DNA of 26,233 nucleotides from Macrostomum lignano (GCA_002269645.1 NIVC01005104.1:1-26233), one strand, 5' to 3'. Numbered from the stretch's first letter, positions 17,418-26,233 are shown. The notes: generated by a model from the sequence alone, not told the origin. Translations and numbers: made by a program.

Positions 17418-19631
17418 TGATGTAACCACGCTCTGGTCGCGGGATAGGGCATGGGAACTTTTTCGAAAGTGCCTCCTATCCCGTGCACCCTCTGCACAGA
17501 GCTGTCGAGACTCGGCCAGGTCTCCGACCGGGCCTGGAGACTCCCGCTCTGCTGCACCTCTCCTGCTGCCTTGGTCCCGTCTCTCCTGCCGCCACACCTG
17601 CCTTTCCGGAGCCCCTACCCCTTTCTGTACCTCCCCCTCTACCCTATCTCTTCTGTTCCCGCCCTATTCTTACTGTACTTTCTCTACCTCCTCCTTTTTT
17701 TTGTCTCCCTCTGCACTCTTTTCCTGCGCTGTCCCCTCTTTCCCTGTGTCTACTTACAGTACTTTGTGTGCTCACCGTCTCCCCATCCCCTCTCAAACTC
17801 CCAAACGGTGACGCAAGTCGTGTGACCCCTTCTCCCCCTCGGTGACTCATCGATGACTCATCCCCCTCTCTTGCGCAACCTTTTCTCACGCTATTGTTCT
17901 CCTTCCCAAATTTCTCATGTGACACCCACCCCACCTCCGCTTCTATTGTTCTCGTTTTTGCTTCTTTTGTTCTCTCGACCCCCACCAATTATCACATTTT
18001 CTCCGATTTTCTCTTTCTTTTGTTCTCGTTTTCGCACCTAATTATCACCTTTTCTCCAATGTTTACTTTTCCATTGTTCTCAGTTTTCCCCAATTATCCC
18101 CGATTTCCAATTCCTTTGTTCTCGACCCCAGCCCTATTGTTCTCAATGTTTGCTTGCGCAACACTTTCGCGACCACCCGCTGCGCCAATTATCCCCCACC
18201 CCACCTCCGGATTGCGCAATTTCCCGATTTCTCATGTTGCTATGCCGGTCTCATGCTTCTCATCATGACTCATTCTGACGTCATTCTGCCGGCAGCCAAT
18301 CAGAGAGAGGGAGCCATGGTAACGACCTTGAGGAGGCGGCTGTGAGGTCTATAAAAGGAAGCGATTTCGGCATGAGAATACTCAACTGAGTTTAACTCTG
18401 TTCCTCTCCTCGTCCTTCTTTGGACTTGCTGTCAGATTGAGTTCTGACCCATTCGTCTATAAGACGAATCCCTGCCGGCCCGCGGTCTGTTACCGCCAAG
18501 TTATCCTTAGCTCCCCAAGTGAGCTCGCCTATCGGCCAGCGGTCTGATACCGCCCGCATCATCAGCATCGCCTGATCTACATCAGCGCCTCGTCGCTCCA
18601 GCGCATCGCCGCTTCACCGTCTGCCTGACTGCAGCCTACAGCCGCCCTCGGTCACTCCGCCTCTCTCTCTCTCTGTGCAGCTGCCGGTAAGTTCCTACTA
18701 CTAATTTGTGCTCTAATTGCCTTTGCTTATCCGGGGTTTGCCTATTTTCCATTGTCTGATTAGAGAGCTGAGCCAATTGTGATACCGTATCTTTTGCTGT
18801 ATTTTACTCAATAGTGAAGCCGCCTAATTGCCTGCTTATTTGCCTAAGGGCCTAATTATTAACTATTAACTAACTTCATCATTATTCAATCTTTCACCAT
18901 CATTTCACTCATGGCTTGCTAAGCCTTTCTCCCGGGGTGGCAAAGCATAAGGAAGTTTGGGTAAGCTAATGGCCTCTCCCCGTGCAAAGCCCGCCTGTGA
19001 GGGCGTGCTGCGGGGCCGCGTGTGCGTGCAGTAGAGGGATTAGCGAGTCTTGGCACAGAATGGCAGTAGGAAGGTTGCACCCCATGCTAACGCGTCCCTT
19101 CGCCCTGAGCAATCTAAACTGTAGACAGTACATGTTCGCCTCATACTACTCTTAGTAATCAAAGTCGCAAGTTAGCCTCGCTCACAGCCACAAAGGATCC
19201 CCTGCTGAGAAATCCTCCAGGATTGAGCCCAGAGTTCCCGATCATGCCCCAAGCAGAGTCCCTGTACTCGGCTGCATGCGTCTCCCCTGTTAGCCTAAAT
19301 CCCCTGGTAACCAATCCAGGCGGGGCTCTAGCCTCGAGAGGTCTGGTAGAAAGATCCAGGTGCGCCAGGTCACATAGAGTGGTGGCAGCCACTCGGTCAT
19401 ACTATGACCGAGTGACCAACTATTGCACCTTGGCTACAGGTGGGGTCCATGTGGGTCCTTGGCCCTCTGGTCACGAAGCGCTACCAAAGCTACTAATCAT
19501 GTGGGCGGGACAGTCTGGTGCTGGAGGTCCGTCAGGTCATTGCCCGGTCATAGGCAGCCTACGGTCATTGCCCCTCTAGTCATGCGTTCGTCTCTCTACG
19601 GAGCGGACAGGCGACAAGGGCGGTTACATCA
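17418..19631 (+). repeat. 5' LTR, 2214 bp
   Basis: Starts TGATGTAACC (17418-17427) and ends GGTTACATCA (19622-19631), a perfect 10-bp inverted repeat with TG...CA ends. It is followed 3 nt later by a PBS and contains a TATA promoter. Confidence 0.88.
18265..18356 (+). promoter_or_regulatory. LTR core promoter: AP-1, CRE, CCAAT and TATA
   Basis: ATGACTCAT (18265-18273), TGACGTCA (18276-18283), AGCCAATCAG (CCAAT at 18296-18300) and TATAAAA (18350-18356), in canonical order. Confidence 0.8.
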
Positions 19632-19634
19632 AAA

Positions 19635-19652
19635 TGGTGGCAGCGGTGGGAT
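19635..19652 (+). other. Primer binding site complementary to the 3' end of tRNA-Leu
   Basis: TGGTGGCAGCGGTGGGAT is the reverse complement of ATCCCACCGCTGCCA-CCA, the 3' end of animal tRNA-Leu(AAG/UAG-type) as I recall it. It lies 3 nt after the LTR end. Confidence 0.9.
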
Positions 19653-22000
19653 CTGGTGCAAACAGCGCTGAGTTTCGGACTGGTGGTTTAGATGTGACAA
19701 GCGCACCTGTGGCATCCCTCAGAATGGTGGCCGAAGCGCAAAGAGTGCCATGTCTAAATCTACCAATCGTAAAAATCGCCAATCGTCATTCTCTTCTCCC
19801 ATGGCGTGAGGCAACAAAATCCAAAAATATTAATGTAACTTTTCAAATTTTTCGGGCTGCGAATTCGTTCAATTCATTCGAAATTTCCAAATTCATTCAT
19901 TCGCCAAAAGCCCCTGATTCAATTTAAAATTAATTTAGCCGATCAGTTTCAGCGCTAGAAAGTGTGAAGTGGTAGACGAGCGGATTTGATTACAATCAGA
20001 ATAGCTACCTGGTAACGGAGTGTGTGAAGAACTGCGAAAGTGAATTTTCCGGACTCACTTTCTATTTCATGGTAATATGCTTTATTTCCCCTCCCTTTCT
20101 TTCTCTCGCCTAGCCTACAGCAGAACTGTGTGAGTGTTGAGGTGGACAGCCAGCCAGGTACGGAAGCCTCATCACGCAAGCACAGGGAAGCTGGAAGCGA
20201 AGCATTTCTTTCCTTTGTCCTACCTCTTTCTTTTACTCGGGGAGTGTAACAGTCGCTCTCCCTGATCGCTCAGTTAATCCTAGAAATGCGTAGAGACCGG
20301 AGCGTGTTTTGTTTGTCCATTAGAATGAACAGCTATCAAGGGCTATGGGGAACTCGCTATATATGCATAGTAAGGGAAGCAGTAGTCATGGCCTTGGAAA
20401 CATTGGGGGATACCAAAGTCTTGCAGGAATGGGAATAGCGGTGTGATTGTATCTCTGTAGGGTATCAGTGTGACTCAAAAATCTCGGGCTAAAAAAAGTG
20501 TCACCTCCTATGGAATACCTGCGATCAGCCCGGACCTGAATTCTGCGGTAACCCCTGGTGCCTTCATGGCTGGGATTCGATCCCAACGTGTCTGCTGACT
20601 CTCCCCACTGTATTGCAGACCCGGTAGTAACTGCTTTGGTTGCATTTGGGCTGGTGCAGTGGCTGGAAATAGTAGATCCCATAGTATCCTATTGATAGTG
20701 GAGTTCAGTGAGTATTGGAATGGTGTACTGGAAGTCTGGTGGCCCCCAGTGATCTCGTAATGTTTCCTGCTGCATTCTCCTCCTTTAGTAATTCCTCCCC
20801 CTGCTGTCAGTCTGATAGGGGAGGTGGGTGTGCCAATCAGCCCGACCCGGTAGAACGGCGCTCCTGCCCGACTTGTCAGCTTGGCCCAGGAAGGCGCTAT
20901 TGCGCAACTCTTTTCCCCTCTGGCCACTGCAGCCCACTAAGCGCTTAGACGCAGGGTTGCATGCAGTCCCCTAATGTAAAGCCCCGGTACATAGAGTGCC
21001 ACCCCAGTGCCCCGCAAGGTCAATAAGACGGGTTGACGTCTCTGGCAACTTGGAATAACCTAGATGGAGGTACCGCTGTCTCCTGGTAGAACCGGGCGTT
21101 CAAGTACAGTAAAGTGGAGAGGCTGACAACTGTAGGACTTTTCTCCGCCATCAGATAAAGGTCCCAAGTATGCTATTTCGAGCTGCAGCAAAGGTGGAGT
21201 ATCGGAGGGGCAAGCATTTCAGGAAGATACTCACTTAGGTCTGTTTATCCTAGGAAAGCGGGCGAGAGTTTCAGGCTTGTAATCCGCCTATCCTGAAAAC
21301 TTCGGGGACAGTTTAGTCTGGACTCCCGCTGCGCGCCTTCGCTCTGAACAGAAGGGGGAGGTCTTGGTTTTTGTGGATTCTGCTAGACGTAGGGGAGCTG
21401 GATTCCCGCCTTTTGTGAAGCTGCGTGTACAAGATTGGTAGTCCTGAGGTGGAAGCCCCACTGGACTCCGACGGTTTTCCGGCTGTGCAAGGGCAGTAAA
21501 GTGGGAGGACCTCCATGGGGATTGCTCCCGCCACTTGGGTTTTTGGGTCCAGGCGCCAACGCTTCTTCGTAGTAGCTTTCTTAAGGAAATGGGGCCGGCG
21601 CGCAACCCTAGGGGAGAATTTGTACAGGTGCCGTAAGTCCGTTTACGGTCGGCATTTGGGTTCCCTAGCATGGCCGCAAAATGAAGGTCAAGTCTCTCTG
21701 AATAGCCAATTTTTCCCTGTCAGGATGTGCCATAGACAACTGGTAGTGGTAGCCGCAGTTTGAGTCAGTGTGCTTTGCCGAGTGAAGCCGTTAGGACTGC
21801 CTAAATGGAATTATGTGGAGCCACCCGTTTTTCAATTTGTTTTCTTCGACGCCGCAAGTGTGTGGTTTTGTCTGTGTTTGTGTGTGTGTGAGTGTGTTTG
21901 TGTGTTTCGGATCAACTTTTCGGTCTTTACCTGTAGTTGCCCCGGTTTTCTTTTCTTTTCCTTCCCGGTGTGGGTACTCCCCCAGCTATCCGGCATTCAC

Positions 22001-23478
22001 ATGTCACGGGCGCGTGGAGATAGGGTCGTAGAAGCTGTGTGCGCAGACGCCCCTGGTCAACCACCCTCGGCCGCTGACACCCCAGCAGTTGCCGCCCCGC
22101 AGCCGCAATGGCCGCAGCCGCTGGTAACCAGGTCCCTCAGCCTCCAGAAGCAGTAGTAGTTGAGGAACCAGATGAAGGAGTAGCAGCTCCCGCTCCCAAT
22201 CAGGGTGGCGCAGCAGCCGCCGCTGCTCCCCGGACGCAGCCAGAATCCTCCTCAGGCAGTCCCGCAGCTAGGAGACTTAGTTGCCGCTATAGCCAATGCG
22301 TTTAACCAGCTAAACATGGGCCAAGACGCCCAGAGGCCGAAAATCTACGTAGAAAAGTTCTCTCCCGGCGAACACTGTTTTGTGCAATGGGTAGAGAGAA
22401 TGATCTACAAGCTGGACGCGGAGAGAACTGTAGGAGATCAGGCTAGGAAGCAGGTGCTCATCTCGCACCTCCCAGGTGAATTTCAGAACTTAGCCTTAGG
22501 ATTGGACGGGCAATTGCCCTTTGAGCAGTTCGTATCTAGATTAGGAGAGCAGTTGGGCGAGGCCAACACTGATCTGGCTAAGAGAAATAAGCTGAAGAAT
22601 CTGAGCCAGAAACCCGGCCAATCACATAGTGCTTTTGCTGCTATGATAAGATCTCAGATAACGGCCATGTTTCCTCAGATTCAGGGTGAGCAGAGAGAAC
22701 AAGAAATCGTGTACACCTACTTGGAACACGCTAAGCTCCCCGCCAGGTCAGACAAGATCTGTTGAGCCGTCGCTGGCAGACAATTGAGCAGGTGTTAGAA
22801 CAGCAGCAAGCCCTGTTAGAAGCCGCAGACTTAGCCGGGAAATGGGACAGTAGTGGCCCGCCCAGGTCTGAGTCCCGCACCGAAGTCCGTCTGCAACCTC
22901 AGCAGCCACCCAGGCCCCCTCGCAAGTGGGTCAGGATGGTGAACCAGGAAGCTGACGAGACGGAGGAGGACGGTGACGGCCTATCAGAGATGCAAGAGAG
23001 GTTGGGCGCGCTAGAGCAAACGCAAAAGGATCTGCGCAACCAGCTGGTGCAGCTCAATGAAACTATGAAGGCGACAGCAGAGTCTGTTGCCCAGCTGCCC
23101 CAGCAGATGAGGCCCCCTCGCCCCGCCACTCCCAACAGGAACTGGAGGCAGGGGCAGGGCGGCTCTAATAGCAGTAGGAACTGGCGCCAACCCCAGCCCC
23201 CGCCGCTTGCAATTCAGGAGGCGCCCACGCCGCCGGCGCCGGGTGTGCAGCAGCAGCAATTGCAGCTTCGTGCGCCACCTGATCGCCATAGGCAAGATTT
23301 AGAGGAGTGGGGCAGAGATATGTTAGACGAGGCTACCAGGGAGAGGCAGGAGAGGCTCGCCCAGCTGCGCGCGCAAGCTCTGATGCCTCCTCCTTCCACG
23401 CCTGAAGAGCCCCCGGGTTCGGGAAACCGTGGGAGGGCTGAATGGCCCGGCCCGAACTCAGCCCCGTTCCCTCTCTAG
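22001..23478 (+). CDS. gag: Retrotransposon Gag (capsid domain, coiled coil, Q/P/R-rich tail, no CCHC knuckle), split by frameshifts
   Basis: Capsid-like KIYVEKFSPG...FVQWVERM...RKQVLISHLPG...KLKNLSQKPGQSHSAFAAMIR. Restoring one C at 22738-22741 gives KLPRQVRQDLLSRRWQTIEQVL. The ATG at 22001 lies 15 nt after a splice acceptor. Further shifts fall near 22100 and 22190-22300. Confidence 0.8.
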
Positions 23479-23482
23479 GGCC
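23421..23482 (+). other. Candidate -1 programmed ribosomal frameshift signal (G GGA AAC plus stem-loop/pseudoknot)
   Basis: The heptamer is in the gag frame at 23421-23427, followed by a 7-nt spacer and a stem GGGCTGA (23435-23441)/TCAGCCC (23458-23464). Loop GGCCC can pair with GGGCC (23478-23482). Confidence 0.65.
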
Positions 23483-23943
23483 CAGCTTAACCTGCCACGT
23501 CCGCCCAGCAAGAAGTTTAGATTTGAGAAGGTACCCGATTTCTATCAGCCAAGACCAGCTAGAGGACAACGCGGGAGAGATATTGTTGTAGAGTTGCCAA
23601 TTGAGAATGTTCCCACCCGCCTCCTGGTAGATGGGGCAGTGCGCTGTCTTTGCTAACAGTCAAAGACTTTACTAAAATTACCGGACAGAGTGTGGAGGCC
23701 CTGGAGCCCCCATGTGTGAAGGCCGTGTCCTACACGGGCAATGAATTAGAGATGCTAGGCCAGGCCACCCTCACAGCAGTTATTGGGCTAGAAGAGGTGA
23801 GAATCCTCTTTCTGGTCGTTGGCAATTCAGCAGCAGTTTCCCTCCTGGGTAGTGCTTTTCTAGCCAGTACGCATGCTATCATAGACTATCGAACAGAAAA
23901 GGTTTACTTGCTAGGTGTGAGTCTCCCATTCGACCCCCGCTGA
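23429..23943 (+). CDS. Retropepsin-like aspartic protease, frameshifted at the active site
   Basis: DIVVELPIENVPTRLLVD (ORF 23429) joins GSALSLLTVKDF...VKAVSYTGNELEMLG...SLLGSAFL...IIDY (frame of ORF 23650) with one base missing at 23633-23636. The flap and LLG.dFL motifs are typical. Confidence 0.8.
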
Positions 23944-24531
23944 GTAACAGATCGGTAGCTAGCCAGTGATTGCTTAATTCCCCCCCCCCGATTCGCGTGT
24001 CGAAATTTTGCTCGTGTTGCCCCGTTGGAGACCGCTTTTCGCGTATTTACGTATGCCCTCTATTACTCGAATTTATGTTGTGACCTCGTGCTCGTTGGTG
24101 TTGTTTAAATATCTAAGATTTTAGCTCGAAAATTAGGCCCGTACAGTATGCGTTAATTCCCTATCAGTAAATATTAACTTGGAAACTAGTAAAATTTCTA
24201 TGGGTCTGCTCCACAGGAGGTCCTGCCCCGCTGTTAAGATTTTCTGGGAACAATGGAAGTCTGGGACCGTAGGAAATTAGCACCTTTAGGTCTGATTTCG
24301 TGTGTTTGTTCACACTTTGTGAAAGTCCGATTTTGGGAAACTTTTAATTGGTTTCGATGAGGCAATAGGGGGGGGGCATTCAATGTAATTAAGTTTATCA
24401 GGCAAATGGGGCAGCAATTAGTTTAGAGTAGGCCAGTGGTTTAGTCAATGTAAAGTCAGGTAAGTAATTAAAGTCAAGTTATGGGGACAGATAGTTCAGA
24501 ATTAGTAAGTAAGCATTAAGAACCACCAGCA

Positions 24532-24937
24532 TCAGCAGTTGGGAAGCCGCAGAAATAGCTCCAAGAGCAGTAGCCAGTGCATTGTGAGACCGGCTATTAG
24601 GGCCGTCGACAGCACGACCAAATGCCAGGAGCCGTCGGTCTCCACCACAGGGGTTGGCAAGGGCTGTGGAGCGGCAGCCACGGGCGTCACCGCGGCGACC
24701 GGCGGCGGAGCGTGCGCTCGGGCTGACAACGGCGGTGGTACCGGATGCCAACCGGCCCCGGACGCTGGTTCGCTGGCGGCCGGCGGTCGCATGGCCCGGG
24801 AGCCGCGGCGCCTATGTCACCAGATGGCGCAGCCGGCCCAGAATCAGAGGGGGCGTCCGGCTCTGAATGGCTGTCTTCGGGCGCTTCGTAGTCGGACTCC
24901 TCTTCAAGGATGGGCTCGGCTACTAGCGGCCGGAATC
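24532..24937 (-). CDS. Last coding exon of a spliced antisense gene: acidic, Pro/Ala-rich region with a C-terminal hydrophobic (TM-like) segment
   Basis: Acceptor tctcattttcAG at 24939-24938. The exon reads (G)FRPLVAEPILEEESDYEAPEDSHSEPDAPSDSGPAAPSGDIGAAAPG, then, with one G restored near 24796, AMRPPAAS...WHLVVLSTALIAGLTMHWLLLLELFLRLPNC*. Without the repair the frame stops at 24689-24687. Confidence 0.5.
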
Positions 24938-25026
24938 CTGAAAATGAGATTTAAGGGATGAAATAGAAGTAGGGAACTAGCCGGGTATTAGGATGTAGAT
25001 AGATGGGGATTTTAACTTTATGGCGT

Positions 25027-25390
25027 GTGGTAGTGGCCTTCCTGGGGGTTTCTTCCTTTCTTCATTCCCTTCCTTCCCTTGAGCTCTAGGTGATCAAGTA
25101 GTGGTAGCCTTCTTCCGCCTTCTTTTAATGATACACCTCTAAGGATGGCAGTTTTTCGTCTTCCTCTCCTCTGGTAGAAGGGCAAATGGTGGCAGTTTCC
25201 CCGGCAATCCACTCTAATGGTGACGGGTTCCCTCTTCTCTTCCTGTTAATGTACAATTGGTGGCAGTTTTCCCTAGCAACCTCTCTCAAAATGGTGGCTG
25301 ATCCTCCTTTTCTTTTCTTTGGTAATGCGCCAAGATGGTGGTAGGTTCCCCTTTCTCTTTTATAATAGTACATCAAACTGGTGGCAGTCA
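25027..25390. repeat. Degenerate array of ~9 units (~30-70 bp): (A)TGGTGGCAG-like core followed by a pyrimidine tract
   Basis: Exact TGGTGGCAG at 25187, 25258 and 25379. Variants ATGGTGAC, ATGGTGGCTG, ATGGTGGTAG, GATGGCAG and GTGGTAG lie between and upstream. Confidence 0.7.
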
Positions 25391-25721
25391 AATTAATGAT
25401 TAATTCCTCTTTCGAATTCTTTCGGCTGTTAAGTTTATGAGGGTCTCGGAGGCATGGATGAGAACTGCGTGCGCGTGGCGTTGAAGGAAGAAATCGAAGG
25501 GAGTTGGGCCGCATCATCATTTATCCTCCGGAGTCTAATCTCCCAAATCCCTCTTCTATTCATATTAACCAAATTAATTTGTGTGCCTGATCTGAATGTG
25601 TGCATGTGAGGTGGGAGTGCGATCTCTGTCGGCTGGAGTACGGATCTGCCGCGGGCGCGACCGGAGGTGGTCTCGGGTCTGCCCCCTGCTCACAGGTGAG
25701 GAAACAGGAAGCGGCGGAACC

Positions 25722-25839
25722 AGCCAATCAGAGCGCACGGAGACTAGAGCGAGCGGTCCCAAGCCAACGGCGACCCCGGCCGCAGCAGGTGTGCTCCCAA
25801 TGTGCTCAACCAATGGGAAGCCAGCCCGGCACTATAAGA
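25722..25839 (+). promoter_or_regulatory. Candidate internal Pol II promoter (two CCAAT boxes and a TATA-like box)
   Basis: AGCCAATCAG (CCAAT at 25724-25728, the same decamer as in the LTR), AACCAATGG (CCAAT at 25810-25814) and TATAAGA (25833-25839). Confidence 0.45.
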
Positions 25840-25980
25840 AGACCCACGCCTGCCAGAGCTGGAAATCATCAATCAGAGAAATCATTCTGTCCTTCAATCG
25901 CTGAAGCATTCTATGAACTATCCAGCTTGACATGGACACGAAGCCTACCATCAATCGAATTCAGCTATGCTCCAGCTTAC

Positions 25981-26221
25981 CGTCTGAGCGTCCTGCAGCC
26001 CAGTTAGCCGAAAGCGGCCCCGTGACGCCATCCAAGAGGCGGAGGACGGCCCCGAGCCGCCAGCGGCGGCCTCCGCCAGGGTCGAAGAAGGTGACGAGAC
26101 AATCGACCGGCCAATGCTGGGGGCGACACCGGACATTTCGGACATGGCGGCCGAATTCGGCGAGGCGGCCCGCCGCCTGCGTGATGTTCTGCCCAACAGC
26201 CGCCGAAGTGTGGACATCGCC
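25981..26221 (-). CDS. Internal coding exon (241 nt) of the spliced antisense gene
   Basis: Flanked by acceptor ttctctttgcAG (26223-26222) and donor G|GTAAGC (25981|25980). The frame is open: GDVHTSAAVG...CLVTFFDPGGGRRWRLGAVLRLLDG...RSDG. The phase-1 exit matches the phase-1 acceptor at 24937. Confidence 0.6.
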
Positions 26222-26233
26222 CTGCAAAGAGAA

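Larger units (their letters stand above)
17418..26233 (+). mobile_element. Ty3/Gypsy-like LTR retroelement, 5' part (LTR-PBS-leader-gag-protease); no RT/RNase H/integrase or 3' LTR in the window
   Basis: LTR with terminal inverted repeats, tRNA-Leu PBS, gag and aspartic protease. Membership is solid to ~23943. Inclusion of 24000-26233 is an inference from the LTR-end-like motifs at 25286-25387. Confidence 0.7.

Noticed and set aside
17403-18345. Several hydrophobic ORFs in the LTR (e.g. 17451-17825, 17894-18268)
   Set aside because: They are by-products of the CT-rich U3 composition (Phe/Leu/Ser/Pro codons), overlap in several frames and show no domain signal.
24361-24400. G9 run as a polypurine tract before a 3' LTR (and pairing with the C10 run at 23980-23989)
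   Set aside because: The following sequence does not match the LTR start TGATGTAACC, and the flanks of the two runs are not complementary.
25951-26217. ORF MSTLRRLLGR... as the real reading frame of the last exon
   Set aside because: Spliced at the 25981 donor it would hit a stop four codons into the next exon. The overlapping frame is consistent with both splice sites. It is not fully excluded without RNA data.

Overview
Eukaryotic (probably invertebrate animal) genomic DNA built mostly from mobile elements. (1) Bases 1-7050 are the right-hand part of a Polinton/Maverick (adintovirus-like) element. All genes are on the minus strand, in this order from the terminus: tandem-PC4 ssDNA-binding protein, chromodomain rve integrase, minor capsid, basic core-like protein, major capsid, adenain-type protease, packaging ATPase and two conserved small ORFs. 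The element ends in the Polinton signature ...CTACTACT at 7050, and pPolB and the left end are outside the window. (2) The element has inserted into a host DEAH-box helicase gene (3-kb exon, 7051-10059, minus strand), and its terminal AGTAGTAG supplies the stop codons that truncate the helicase. (3) Bases 10060-17400 are AT-rich intronic/intergenic DNA with a decayed mariner transposase and short tandem repeats. (4) From 17418 there is an unusual Ty3/Gypsy-like LTR element inserted in a 22-23 bp minisatellite. It has a 2214-bp LTR with 10-bp terminal inverted repeats, a dense AP-1/C-EBP/CRE/CCAAT/TATA promoter, an 18-nt tRNA-Leu PBS, a 2.3-kb leader, gag, a GGGAAAC slippery site with a pseudoknot-like structure, and a protease, but no RT/RNase H/integrase in the window. 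Instead there is a spliced antisense gene for an acidic, Pro/Ala-rich, C-terminally membrane-anchored protein. Its intron holds an array of motifs resembling the element's own LTR-end/PBS junction and a second, sense-strand promoter. Many genes near both window ends are split by single-base indels, mostly losses in homopolymer runs, which look like long-read consensus errors; I repaired these by eye and say so in each case. All family assignments come from motif recognition, with no database search.
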